Shown here: positions 21,595-30,426 of the stretch, piece by piece
How the letters are laid out: every line of letters begins with the position of its first letter
Numbering within the stretch: position 1 is the stretch's first letter
Sequence record: PX645697.1
DNA from: a phage
DNA: 64,000 nt
Direction: 5' to 3' (one strand)
Program-made: the position numbers and the translations under genes
Notes under the pieces: model-generated
Databases searched by the model: none
What the model was told of the DNA's origin: nothing
What the model saw: only the letters and a program-made list of their open reading frames with translations

Positions 21595-22341
21595 TTAGAA
21601 TGGGCTATCGTTGTCGTCTTCGTAAGTAGAAGCAGGCTCTTTATCAATCGTAGGGATTGAAGGAGTAGCTTCTTTCTGCTCTGTTTCAGAAGCACGAGTA
21701 ATTTCACGACCAGCCAGAGGCATGTTCTTAGCGTCATTAGCTTGAGTAAGCAGGTTGCGCTGGAACGGGAACATCAGTTGATAGGATGCTACGTTCTCAT
21801 CGGTTTCAGCATACGGTTCGAAGAATACCAGAGGACTACGAGCTTCACCAACTGCTGCACGATATTTAGTTGGGATTGGAGAAATGGTCTTGATGGAGTT
21901 TTTAACTTCACCAGCTTTGTTAGTGTAAGAGTTAACCAGAATGTTAACAGGCTGGCCTAACAGAACATCCTTGAACCAAGACAGATCACCTTTCAGCGCT
22001 TGAATACTTGGGTCAATCATCTTGCAAAGATCAAGAATACCAGAGTTCTTAGCTCGTGGGTTTACATCATAGCTCTTGAACTGGCAAGCCGGACGTGGTT
22101 CTAATGCCTTACCATCGGAATCTTTACCAGTAGCATCAACACCAATCAGCTCGAAAGCTAAATCCATACGGAAAGCCGGACTCTTAGGAGTTACTGCTTT
22201 GGTCTTCGGGTCAATCCAAGGATCACGATTGTGAACACCCAAACCTACTACACGAACAATACGTGCTTCGTATTCACCATCAGGGATTACATCGTAGTTG
22301 GATTTACGGGAAGCAGTTGCGATAGTTGGAATCATAGACAT
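21595..22341 (-). CDS. single-stranded DNA-binding protein candidate (T7 gp2.5-like)
   Basis: Size about 248 aa and acidic C-terminal tail ending in Phe (...YEDDNDSPF), as in gp2.5-type SSBs; own promoter motif and terminator. Confidence 0.4.
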   Translation of the reverse strand: MSMIPTIATASRKSNYDVIPDGEYEARIVRVVGLGVHNRDPWIDPKTKAVTPKSPAFRMDLAFELIGVDATGKDSDGKALEPRPACQFKSYDVNPRAKNSGILDLCKMIDPSIQALKGDLSWFKDVLLGQPVNILVNSYTNKAGEVKNSIKTISPIPTKYRAAVGEARSPLVFFEPYAETDENVASYQLMFPFQRNLLTQANDAKNMPLAGREITRASETEQKEATPSIPTIDKEPASTYEDDNDSPF

Positions 22342-22400
22342 ATTGTAATTTCCTTATTTAATTTGAAAGATTGTTGCTCTCTTTGAGCGGTTATGTATAG

Positions 22401-22409
22401 TATACATTA
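22401..22409 (-). promoter_or_regulatory. TAATGTATA motif (minus strand) upstream of SSB-like gene
   Basis: Exact 9-mer 59 nt upstream of ATG 22341; part of a palindromic TATGTATA-G-TATACATA arrangement. Confidence 0.35.
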
Positions 22410-22472
22410 CGCTTATACCGATAAGAGTACTATATAATATAAGTATCTTTGGTAGTAGATATAACACATTAG

Positions 22473-22481
22473 TAATGTATA
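22473..22481 (+). promoter_or_regulatory. TAATGTATA motif (plus strand) in large intergenic region
   Basis: Exact 9-mer pointing into a 270-bp stretch without ORFs. Confidence 0.25.
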
Positions 22482-22577
22482 TATTGTATAGCTGATAAAG
22501 TTATTGCAGGCTTGTATATTGGGCAATTCACAGAATCCCTTGCAAGTACCGAAGGGCAGGAGCCACCTGCGAGATAA

Positions 22578-22643
22578 AAATAGAGAATTAAGGAATCCTT
22601 GATTTAGGTTGTAGGGACTCCTAGGGACTTTGATTCTCTATTT
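22578..22643. repeat. 11-bp perfect inverted repeat (AAATAGAGAAT / ATTCTCTATTT) flanking a 44-nt loop that contains tandem TAGGGACT copies
   Basis: Read directly from sequence; located in the 416-bp intergenic region 22342-22757. Confidence 0.5.
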
Positions 22644-22757
22644 AAAAGAATATTAATTACTTATTACCTAAATAATTAACTAACTTACTTAAACCAAATT
22701 CAAGAATAATAGATAAAAAGATTATTCCTAAGAAAGCTAAAAAGTAAATAATATAAG

Positions 22758-23006
22758 TTACCATTCAAGTAAACCTTTAAAGTTAGTTTGTTCTACTATC
22801 CTCTGATAACGAAGATTAGAATCAGCTTGTTTCTTTAACATCTCATTATATTGATCTCTGATAGAGTCTTTATGTACTACAGGTTCTTTAAATAATGAGA
22901 TCTTGTTCTTTTCTTCTTTCATCAAAAACCTTCCTAATCTCTTGCAGAGAAACAGCTTTATAATCAATTTGCTCCATTGATGTACAGAAATATCTCCAAT
23001 CATCAA
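22758..23006 (-). CDS. hypothetical protein (5' end uncertain)
   Basis: Track ORF; upstream part overlaps phosphoesterase gene, true start probably internal. Confidence 0.3.
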   Translation of the reverse strand: MMIGDISVHQWSKLIIKLFLCKRLGRFLMKEEKNKISLFKEPVVHKDSIRDQYNEMLKKQADSNLRYQRIVEQTNFKGLLEW

Positions 23007-23391
23007 TTACATGATTATGTGTATGAGCATAAATATTAAACCTTCCTCTCATCTCATCAGTGTGAATAGGAATATGAGTTACCCAAAACTCTTTGTACTT
23101 ATAATCACCAGAGATTCTACGGAAGACTTTCATCATATCAGGGAGAAGTTCTAACCTGTCATGGTTTCCTAAAACTAGATGCTTCTCTCCTTTTACTTCA
23201 GCGATGATATCAAGGGCATACTTTTCAAACACCCAGTCACCAGTAAAGAAGATTTTATCTCGCTTAGTTACATGATCAAATGCAGCTAGAATTGCTTTGT
23301 CATGTTCTTCGATGGTTTTAAATTGCTTACGAAAACTACAGATGTTGCGATGACCTAAGTGACCATCCCCTGCAAAATAAACTTCAGCCAT
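22888..23391 (-). CDS. calcineurin-like metallophosphoesterase
   Basis: GDGHLG ... FFTGDWV ... LVLGNHD ... HTHNH motifs. Confidence 0.6.
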   Translation of the reverse strand: MAEVYFAGDGHLGHRNICSFRKQFKTIEEHDKAILAAFDHVTKRDKIFFTGDWVFEKYALDIIAEVKGEKHLVLGNHDRLELLPDMMKVFRRISGDYKYKEFWVTHIPIHTDEMRGRFNIYAHTHNHVIDDWRYFCTSMEQIDYKAVSLQEIRKVFDERRKEQDLII

Positions 23392-23400
23392 AAAGACCTC

Positions 23401-23616
23401 TTAGATAGTGCACCCGTCGCAAGTTAAATCACCTAGAAGGGATAGAGAAAGTAATCTGGATTGCTCATCACTGTATAGTTGATCTATCTCTTCTTTAAGT
23501 TTTGCCAACTCAATGAAATTGATAAGTTGACCATGTTCAAGACAGTCAGTTTTTAGTATGAACAAAACTTCAGCGTCTGTTGAATCTTCACTTGAGTATT
23601 TATCGATGTATTCCAT
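23401..23616 (-). CDS. hypothetical protein
   Basis: Track ORF in array. Confidence 0.35.
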   Translation of the reverse strand: MEYIDKYSSEDSTDAEVLFILKTDCLEHGQLINFIELAKLKEEIDQLYSDEQSRLLSLSLLGDLTCDGCTI

Positions 23617-23618
23617 TT

Positions 23619-23840
23619 TTATGCCACATCTCCTTGTTTATTGTTAATAACATCCAGTGCTGTATAAGCTTTACCTGTTCCTAAGTATTCCAGAACTGGA
23701 GGACTCTTCTTTTCTTCAGCGACTACATAAGGTGTGATTTTTCCTTTCAGTACAGCCTGAGATGCTTTAGCACTATCTTCAGATGTGTGAATAGTAGTAA
23801 GCCCTTTCTTCCCAATTCTATAAGTGTGAACCCAAATCAT
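23619..23840 (-). CDS. hypothetical protein
   Basis: Track ORF in array. Confidence 0.35.
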   Translation of the reverse strand: MIWVHTYRIGKKGLTTIHTSEDSAKASQAVLKGKITPYVVAEEKKSPPVLEYLGTGKAYTALDVINNKQGDVA

Positions 23841-23842
23841 TC

Positions 23843-24004
23843 TTATTCCTCATATTCCCAATTTCTTTCATAATATCCAGAGTTGTAGTTTAGGGCGCAC
23901 CTCTCGGCCTCTTCTATGTCGTCAGTGTTTAGGATATTTACCCATCCTCCAACTTCATCAAAACCTTCTTCTACTTCGTTAAACCATACACTATACTTTT
24001 TCAT
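23843..24004 (-). CDS. hypothetical protein
   Basis: Track ORF trimmed to ATG 24004, which overlaps the stop of the upstream small gene as ATGA. Confidence 0.35.
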   Translation of the reverse strand: MKKYSVWFNEVEEGFDEVGGWVNILNTDDIEEAERCALNYNSGYYERNWEYEE

Positions 24005-24177
24005 CGAGAAGTTCTTCCCCAATCTTTTACATAGCATCGACCGTTAACCCACTTTGTCTCTGACTTAAATTCTTGAGACAATCTCACTTCACAGTCTTCT
24101 CTACTGGCATCTCCTCCGATATCAATCAGATACAGGAATAGAGCTATACCTAAAGCCCAAAGAATTATCTTCTTCAT
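24001..24177 (-). CDS. small membrane protein, 58 aa (not in ORF track)
   Basis: Hand translation MKKIILWALGIALFLYLIDIGG...; ATG overlaps stop of the HAD gene (ATGA) and its stop overlaps the next start. Confidence 0.45.
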   Translation of the reverse strand: MKKIILWALGIALFLYLIDIGGDASREDCEVRLSQEFKSETKWVNGRCYVKDWGRTSR

Positions 24178-24566
24178 CGAATCACCAAAGGCTCTTCAGA
24201 GTACACAGGAGCGGCTATTTCTACAGGAGGTGCTGCCCTCAGGTCATTAAGTCTTACTCCCTTCAGCATACCGTCTAGGTGGTCCTTTTTGGGGATTCCA
24301 ACAGGGAAGTCGTCAATCCAAATATCGACGAAGAAACCTATCTGTCGACAGACCTCATCCTTCTGTACACCATTACAAAAGATAATAGGAATCTGCAAAC
24401 ACTCTGCATCAATCTTAATGTCGTGGTTATCGTACCCATTAGGCTCTGCAAAGCGATAAGTTACAAAGCGTACATCGTAGCCCTTTTCTTGCATTAATGC
24501 CACCACAGAGCTCCACAGCTTTTTATCTGAGGTATAAGTGTCATCATAATCTAAACCAATATTCAT
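24174..24566 (-). CDS. HAD-superfamily 5'-nucleotidase-like protein
   Basis: IGLDYDDTYT (DxDxT) and WIDDFP motifs; start set at ATG 24566 with AAGGA upstream. Confidence 0.45.
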   Translation of the reverse strand: MNIGLDYDDTYTSDKKLWSSVVALMQEKGYDVRFVTYRFAEPNGYDNHDIKIDAECLQIPIIFCNGVQKDEVCRQIGFFVDIWIDDFPVGIPKKDHLDGMLKGVRLNDLRAAPPVEIAAPVYSEEPLVIR

Positions 24567-24585
24567 GTCAAATCCTTTAGACAAG

Positions 24586-24605
24586 AAAAGCCGCCCGAAG
24601 GCAGC
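24586..24605 (-). terminator. rho-independent terminator
   Basis: Minus-strand GCUGCC-uucg-GGCGGC hairpin followed by UUUUCUUG. Confidence 0.5.
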
Positions 24606-24612
24606 TTCTTAT

Positions 24613-24789
24613 TTAACTGTTCACTTTAGCTTCAAGAGTTTCATTTTCAATACTCAAGTCAATCACTACACCAGTAAGCTCAACAACTGCTTGGCGAAGG
24701 GCATCTTTACCCATAGAGTGTACTTGAGATAAGAAGAAAGCTTTACCTTCTTCAGTGGACAGGGTTTCTTTTAATTCAGAAGCAGTCAT
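24613..24789 (-). CDS. small protein, 58 aa (not in ORF track)
   Basis: Hand translation MTASELKETLSTEEGKAFFLSQVHSMGKDALRQAVVELTGVVIDLSIENETLEAKVNS; AAGGAA 5 nt upstream of ATG; terminator follows. Confidence 0.45.
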   Translation of the reverse strand: MTASELKETLSTEEGKAFFLSQVHSMGKDALRQAVVELTGVVIDLSIENETLEAKVNS

Positions 24790-24798
24790 TGATATTCC

Positions 24799-24993
24799 TT
24801 ATGTTATGTTATAAATTCGCATGATTGTACCGCCATTGGCTTCAATAGCAGCAACCATTTGGTTTCGTTCTTCATCCGTGTAAACTAACACACTTCTAAA
24901 CTCACCCGTTGCATCAGTATAAAGGATGTTGTATTTCGGAGGTGGCTTACGGTAGATACCTTCCATCATTCTTTCTCCTCTCGTTCTTTCCAC
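24799..24993 (-). CDS. hypothetical protein
   Basis: Track ORF. Confidence 0.35.
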   Translation of the reverse strand: MERTRGERMMEGIYRKPPPKYNILYTDATGEFRSVLVYTDEERNQMVAAIEANGGTIMRIYNIT

Positions 24994-25149
24994 AGTTCAG
25001 CAAGTTCTAAATAAAACTCAGCTTCATCAGGACGTCCTTGTTCATTACAGATGGCGCTCTGACGATAACACCAATCCGATGGCATCTCTTCCACTTCAAT
25101 CTCCTTGTTACGAACCAATCAATAAGAATAGTTCATTCGTCTTATTTAT

Positions 25150-25341
25150 TCACTCTACCAACGCAGGCACTTCTATCCTTTTAACTGTGAATGTCTTGTT
25201 TGGAAACTTTCGAACTAACTCTGCTGCTTTGGTTATTGCTAAGTTCTCTGTCTCAAAGATACACAGTTGACCATTTAATGCTACAAGAGTGGAGCCACCA
25301 CTGAAGATGGCCCAAGATTCATAATAACCTTTAACACTCAT
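25150..25341 (-). CDS. hypothetical protein
   Basis: Track ORF. Confidence 0.35.
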   Translation of the reverse strand: MSVKGYYESWAIFSGGSTLVALNGQLCIFETENLAITKAAELVRKFPNKTFTVKRIEVPALVE

Positions 25342-25349
25342 AATCTACC

Positions 25350-27194
25350 TTAGTGCGTATGCATCCAGTTGAGTCCAATCTGGCAATCAGAAGCCAGAGG
25401 ACATTCCATGTTCAAATACTCACCAGCTTTCTTAACACAAAGCTCGGTGTGTTCTTTGAGTTTCTGTACATCGTTACGGTTCACTGAGAACTGGCCCTCG
25501 TCGTGCATGTCAATTACTTTAGCACAACGAACTCCATCTTTCTCAATCCATTTGTTAAGGAACATCATAGCATATTTCATAACAACAGCACCAGCACATT
25601 GCAGGAGAGTGTTAAGGGCTTTATGAACCATAACCTTTCCAGTGGCATCCCGTCTCATTGTAATCTTACGACCATCAACTCCAATCAAGTATCCTTGAGC
25701 AGCCTTCTCTGTCATACGATCAATGAGGATTGCAATACATGGGTTCTCTGCCAAGAATCGTGCTCGCATCACTGAACCTTCGTCAGCCCCACCACCTACA
25801 ATCGAACCAAGCTTAGCATCACCAGCACCATAGTTGAATGCGTAGATAAACGTCTTAGCGTTGTCACGAGTAGGAAGACCAGCAAGTTTCTGGTTATGGG
25901 AGTGGATATCACCTTCAAGAAGAATATCACGATACATAATAGCAGAAGCTAAACCACGTTCTGCCAGAGCTTTCTTAGCTGGATTATTCTCTTCGATTGC
26001 TTCAGCAAGCATATCCCTACATTCTTTAATGAGGTAGTGTGCAAGCATACGCAACTCTAATCCAGAACCATCATACCCTAAGAATACTTCTTTACCAGCG
26101 GGTATGTAATATTTGTAAGCACCTACAGGTTTGTCTTTCTTCCCCGGCTTACCTTTCTCATAAATTACGTTAGTACCTTTTCGTATATAACAACCATCAG
26201 GAACAACGTTAGTAATAACGAAAGGACGAGAGTGATCAACATCTGAGTTATAGTCAGACTCAAACAAACCGCGACACTCATGACCAAACAAACCACGGGA
26301 GGGAATATTAACCACGATACGATGTTTGAATCGAAAAGTCGGCGTAGCGCAGCTGTTAGCTTCTGCCGAAAGTTTACCATCTTCGCGTTCCTTTGCTATG
26401 AGTCCACTGATAAGACCTAGCCTGTGAGCCGCTACAACGCGTCTCTTAAGCAAACTCCCGACACTCCCTAGCTCACCCCCTAACCCTTCTTCAAGAGTCT
26501 CCTCGAGGTTTGTAGGAGCTGTAGGCCACTTGTTTGAGGTAGCTAGTGCTATCTTAATCTCATCAAAAGTGATAGGTCTACGTCGGTTAGGGTTTAAACC
26601 TAAACCAAATACATAAGCCTTCATATAGTTCTTAGTCTTAAACCTAAAATGCTTCTCTAAGAACTTCCTAATATCAGCGTCAACCATCTCGGCTGTCTGC
26701 TTCTGTTTAGCATTACCTCGCATCCAAGCTGAATACCATGCTTGGTATGTTCCATACTTTCGCATATCTTTCTTGATTTCAAAAGTATTCCAAGGCTTCT
26801 TAGATACGTTAAACTCTGGAGGAAGAAAGCCCTCATCCATAAGGGCTTCTTTAACTCGTGCATCTTTCGATGGGTCAAAGTCCACGTATTCAACACAGGT
26901 GAATGCTCCACCAATGTCTTCTCTCTTAAGACCAACTCTATCACAATAGGCTTGAGGCCACTTCTGTAAAGCTCCAGACTTCTTAAATGGCTTCATATAA
27001 GTAGAGCCATCTAATCTCATCTTAGGTAAGAGAGGAATCAGTTCTTTGTCAATATTAACAATAATCTCTTTAAGGAGGTGAACATACCACCGAGCATTTC
27101 TTCGGTTGAAACTCACTCCGTGCTTCGCTTGCTTAGAGATTATATCAGCGACAGTCATCTCTGTCAAAAATGGGAGAGCGTCCGGGTTGCTCAC
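25350..27194 (-). CDS. DNA polymerase, family A, polymerase domain only
   Basis: Motif A GYDGSGLELRMLAHY, motif B RDNAKTFIYAFNYGAGDAKLG, motif C VIDMHDEGQF; no DEDD exonuclease motifs in N-terminal part. Confidence 0.8.
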   Translation of the reverse strand: MSNPDALPFLTEMTVADIISKQAKHGVSFNRRNARWYVHLLKEIIVNIDKELIPLLPKMRLDGSTYMKPFKKSGALQKWPQAYCDRVGLKREDIGGAFTCVEYVDFDPSKDARVKEALMDEGFLPPEFNVSKKPWNTFEIKKDMRKYGTYQAWYSAWMRGNAKQKQTAEMVDADIRKFLEKHFRFKTKNYMKAYVFGLGLNPNRRRPITFDEIKIALATSNKWPTAPTNLEETLEEGLGGELGSVGSLLKRRVVAAHRLGLISGLIAKEREDGKLSAEANSCATPTFRFKHRIVVNIPSRGLFGHECRGLFESDYNSDVDHSRPFVITNVVPDGCYIRKGTNVIYEKGKPGKKDKPVGAYKYYIPAGKEVFLGYDGSGLELRMLAHYLIKECRDMLAEAIEENNPAKKALAERGLASAIMYRDILLEGDIHSHNQKLAGLPTRDNAKTFIYAFNYGAGDAKLGSIVGGGADEGSVMRARFLAENPCIAILIDRMTEKAAQGYLIGVDGRKITMRRDATGKVMVHKALNTLLQCAGAVVMKYAMMFLNKWIEKDGVRCAKVIDMHDEGQFSVNRNDVQKLKEHTELCVKKAGEYLNMECPLASDCQIGLNWMHTH

Positions 27195-27210
27195 TTTATA
27201 CTCCTTTAAA

Positions 27211-27633
27211 TTATTGGTAAATCAAATCCGTAAATGCTTGATTGTCTTCTATCACATCTAACACGGTAGCTTCATAACTGTAAGCCCTAACCGCCCCGTT
27301 AACAACTATCCGAGGAGTAGGTGGAGGTGGTGCATGGTTAGCCCTAGCTTCACTAGGTTGCTCTCGTACTAGATGAGCCACAACCCTTTGGTTGGCGACC
27401 TCTTCTCTTTCTCGGATAGCTCTCTGGATGTAAGCCAACTTCATACCCCAAGCTTCTTCAAACTCTTGAGGGTGCTTATCACTGATAACCACATACTGAC
27501 GTTCAGGGGTACCAGAGCGAATCTCTGACAATAGTTCATGGAACAAATCCAGCTCATGTTCAGTGAGATTCATTTCGATATCATCCCACTTGAGAACTAG
27601 GAAACGGTTTTGATGTCTAGTCGGTAATGGCAT
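27211..27633 (-). CDS. hypothetical protein
   Basis: Track ORF. Confidence 0.35.
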   Translation of the reverse strand: MPLPTRHQNRFLVLKWDDIEMNLTEHELDLFHELLSEIRSGTPERQYVVISDKHPQEFEEAWGMKLAYIQRAIREREEVANQRVVAHLVREQPSEARANHAPPPPTPRIVVNGAVRAYSYEATVLDVIEDNQAFTDLIYQ

Positions 27634-27636
27634 AGC

Positions 27637-27921
27637 TTAACCTTTTGGGAATGGCATTAAAGATTCCATAGCAGTCTTAATTTCACTATTGATTCGTGAA
27701 TCACGGTAAGAGATAAACTTACCTTTGCTGTCACGTAACATCACATGGGTTCTGGATGTTTTGTGAGGGAGCAATGTGATACTGGTTGGGATAGTGTCAA
27801 CCCCTGCAAGATATGTGTCAATAGTCTTGCTTTCAGTCAACAGATAAGACCAAGTACGCGGTTTCTGCTCCGGGCGGTTGGGGTATGTGTCTCGAATCTG
27901 AACCATAGCTAACTTATTCAT
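27637..27921 (-). CDS. hypothetical protein, paralog of 27923..28174
   Basis: Shared C-terminal ...GKFISY...FPKG pattern. Confidence 0.4.
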   Translation of the reverse strand: MNKLAMVQIRDTYPNRPEQKPRTWSYLLTESKTIDTYLAGVDTIPTSITLLPHKTSRTHVMLRDSKGKFISYRDSRINSEIKTAMESLMPFPKG

Positions 27922-27922
27922 A

Positions 27923-28174
27923 TTAAACTCCTTTAGGGAATGGGATGAGGTTTTCTACTGCAACACGGAATTCTTTCTCTACATCTTTATTCTTGTAGGA
28001 AATGAACTTCCCATCAGCACCACGGAGGATTACGTTAGTACGAGCTGTTTTTGGATTATGACTAATCTGGTTTGCAATAATATTAGCAATGCCGTGGTTA
28101 TTGGTAAATTTCCATTTAACCATACGATTGTTAGACATTACATCAATGATATTTACAGATTTTACAATAGACAT
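27923..28174 (-). CDS. hypothetical protein, paralog of 27637..27921
   Basis: Shared C-terminal ...GKFISY...NLIPFPKG pattern. Confidence 0.4.
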   Translation of the reverse strand: MSIVKSVNIIDVMSNNRMVKWKFTNNHGIANIIANQISHNPKTARTNVILRGADGKFISYKNKDVEKEFRVAVENLIPFPKGV

Positions 28175-28208
28175 ATTTATTACCTAAGAAGTTTAATTTG
28201 GTTTATAT

Positions 28209-28237
28209 AAAAGAAAAGGCCACCCAAATGGGTAGCC
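28209..28237 (-). terminator. rho-independent terminator
   Basis: Minus-strand GGCUACCC-auuu-GGGUGGCC followed by UUUUCUUUU. Confidence 0.45.
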
Positions 28238-28242
28238 TCATA

Positions 28243-28566
28243 TTACGATGAGCTTAAAGCTCCTTTTCGCTTAGCAGCACCAGCCGCTTTTCCAGCTCGA
28301 TCACCACTTTTGCCGCCGTTTGAACGGTTTGAGCTGACTGATTCAACACGTAAGTTGCTTGACGCATTAGAGCCTCCAGACTTGACAGCTCGTTTGTGTC
28401 CAACATCTTTACCTCTGACAGCAGCTTTTCCATCGCGCTTTTCAACGATGCGACGTGCACGGTGGCGCTGAGCATCTCCGCTCTTGCTCCCAACGCCTGT
28501 CTCACCACGGGCAATTGCGGTACGTCTTTCTTGCGCATAATCTCTTTTTCCTACATGATCTGCCAT
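28243..28566 (-). CDS. small basic low-complexity protein (K/R/G/A/S-rich)
   Basis: AAGGAG 6 nt upstream of ATG 28566; TAATGTATA motif 36 nt upstream; terminator downstream. Confidence 0.45.
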   Translation of the reverse strand: MADHVGKRDYAQERRTAIARGETGVGSKSGDAQRHRARRIVEKRDGKAAVRGKDVGHKRAVKSGGSNASSNLRVESVSSNRSNGGKSGDRAGKAAGAAKRKGALSSS

Positions 28567-28602
28567 TTAGAACTCCTTAATATATCAGTGTACACTAAGG
28601 AG

Positions 28603-28611
28603 TATACATTA
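28603..28611 (-). promoter_or_regulatory. TAATGTATA motif (minus strand)
   Basis: Exact 9-mer 36 nt upstream of ATG 28566. Confidence 0.35.
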
Positions 28612-28620
28612 TGGATGCTA

Positions 28621-28809
28621 TTAAAACTCTGCTAAGTATTTAATATCAGAGGCATATACCTCATCAAAGGAAATAACTTCTCCATTGTAAAGAAGTTCTA
28701 TTTTCAGTATACCAGAGCATTTAGTGTCTTTAGAATCAACCCTGATAGAGAGCTTATCAACTATCTGAGCTTTAATCTCTTCTATTACCGACTCTTGAGT
28801 GTTATTCAC
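28621..28809 (-). CDS. hypothetical protein
   Basis: Track ORF 28621..28869 trimmed to GTG overlapping the upstream stop. Confidence 0.3.
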   Translation of the reverse strand: MNNTQESVIEEIKAQIVDKLSIRVDSKDTKCSGILKIELLYNGEVISFDEVYASDIKYLAEF

Positions 28810-28987
28810 TCCACCCTCCCGGTGGTACAAAATCATCAGGAACATCAATGATAGTAGGTTCTCCATCATTCATGCAGGTGTCTTCATTGAACTCTTCACA
28901 CTCAAAGCACGCTCGTTCGATATTTTTGTAGAAGTCGATGGTTGCTGAACCATCACCACAATCTCGGATAACTAGAGCTACTTTCAC
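28802..28987 (-). CDS. hypothetical Cys-containing acidic protein
   Basis: Track ORF. Confidence 0.3.
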   Translation of the reverse strand: MKVALVIRDCGDGSATIDFYKNIERACFECEEFNEDTCMNDGEPTIIDVPDDFVPPGGWSE

Positions 28988-29727
28988 TTCTCTTGTCCTT
29001 TTTCCATTGCTTTAACAATAGCTTTACAGAAACCAGAACGAACAATGTCATCTGATTCGCCATCTACTATCTCAGCGAACTCATACAGATCATGTTCATC
29101 AATAAAGTTAGTAGCCCAAGTAAGACCACTCTCACGACCACGCATATCATGCTGGTTAGTATCACCCATGCAGAACAGCTGAGAGGTCTCTCCCAATCGA
29201 GTCATGATTGAGAAGGCTTCATCTTTAGTGGTGTTCTGGAACTCATCTACGATAACAATAGCATCGTTGAAAGAACGACCACGGAGATACTCCAGAGGTA
29301 CGAACTCAATATTACTGTTACCGAGCTGGCATTCATAGAACCCTTTACCATATCGCTGAGTAATAACATCAATGATAGGCATCAAATATGGTTCAAACTT
29401 CTCACGCATCCCTCCCGGAAGCAACCCAAGAGAATTACCCATGCCGACCGAAGGGCGACTCAGGATAATCTTCTGAATCTTACCACTCTTCAGTGCATCG
29501 ATAACCGTGGAAGTGATTACAAAGGTCTTACCACAGCCCGCAGGAGCGTCTGTGAACACAACTTGTTTAGTCTTAATAGCATTGAGTAGCTCAGACTGAA
29601 ACTGGTTCTGAGGGACTACAGGCTTTGCTAAAACCACCTCTTCATACTCTCGCTTACCTTTACGAGTAACAAGTGCTTCCCGACGAAGGTCTTTCCGTGA
29701 TTCTTTCCGTGATTGACGACGACTCAT
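28984..29727 (-). CDS. phoH: PhoH-like ATPase
   Basis: Walker A DAPAGCGKTF and Walker B VIVDEFQN in PhoH-type arrangement. Confidence 0.7.
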   Translation of the reverse strand: MSRRQSRKESRKDLRREALVTRKGKREYEEVVLAKPVVPQNQFQSELLNAIKTKQVVFTDAPAGCGKTFVITSTVIDALKSGKIQKIILSRPSVGMGNSLGLLPGGMREKFEPYLMPIIDVITQRYGKGFYECQLGNSNIEFVPLEYLRGRSFNDAIVIVDEFQNTTKDEAFSIMTRLGETSQLFCMGDTNQHDMRGRESGLTWATNFIDEHDLYEFAEIVDGESDDIVRSGFCKAIVKAMEKGQEK

Positions 29728-29921
29728 TTACGCTCTCCAATTTCTTCGTAATGACACTCAGTGGTTAAACAATCTTTACAGATTGCTGTGTAAACCCTGA
29801 CGTTAGTAAATCGTTTGTTCTTCCCTTTGGTTGGAGAGCCTTTGGCAAGCTCTCTGATAACCTTGTTACTTAAATGAAGGTTTGTTCCTTCACATCTAGA
29901 GCACTTCACCACAATGTCCAT
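29724..29921 (-). CDS. small zinc-ribbon protein
   Basis: CSRCEG...CKDC Cys pairs. Confidence 0.35.
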   Translation of the reverse strand: MDIVVKCSRCEGTNLHLSNKVIRELAKGSPTKGKNKRFTNVRVYTAICKDCLTTECHYEEIGERK

Positions 29922-30106
29922 TCAGTAAGAGACCACAGAGAGTCACCTATGTGGGCATTGTCATTCCTGATGAGGTCTTTGATTTTATCAACATCAGTCA
30001 AGTGAGTCACATTCAAAATATCCTCAACATCCGGGGCATATTTAAATATGGCAACAATACTGTTGCGATCTTCAGCGTATCTTTCTAGAACATAAACTAC
30101 GCTCAT
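29906..30106 (-). CDS. hypothetical protein
   Basis: Track ORF. Confidence 0.35.
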   Translation of the reverse strand: MSVVYVLERYAEDRNSIVAIFKYAPDVEDILNVTHLTDVDKIKDLIRNDNAHIGDSLWSLTEWTLW

Positions 30107-30426
30107 GCGAAGTTAACCTCTTTATGAAGTCTGTAAACAGCCGTCGCCATACAAGCAACAGCTTCGTTATGTGGGAGATGCATCCCTGTAGAACCATCCC
30201 AATCTTTGAACTCATTGTCAAAGACTCCGGTAGGCTCTGGATACAAGGCTTGCAACTCAACCAAATCGTTAGCAACTTGTTGCCATTTATCATCAGACCA
30301 GATAGGGTCATCCAACCAGTAATACAAATAGGAATGGATGATCAATTGCCTTCTATGCCGATTGATTACTTCAGCGGGACTTATCTCACTTCCGTTTGAA
30401 GTCCTAAATGTATTACCGTCGATCAT
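30103..30426 (-). CDS. hypothetical protein
   Basis: Track ORF. Confidence 0.35.
   Translation of the reverse strand: MIDGNTFRTSNGSEISPAEVINRHRRQLIIHSYLYYWLDDPIWSDDKWQQVANDLVELQALYPEPTGVFDNEFKDWDGSTGMHLPHNEAVACMATAVYRLHKEVNFA

Noticed and set aside
28254-28538. Alternative-frame ORF overlapping the basic protein gene
   Set aside because: The competing frame 28243..28566 has a strong AAGGAG SD and the promoter motif upstream; 28254..28538 has only a weak SD.
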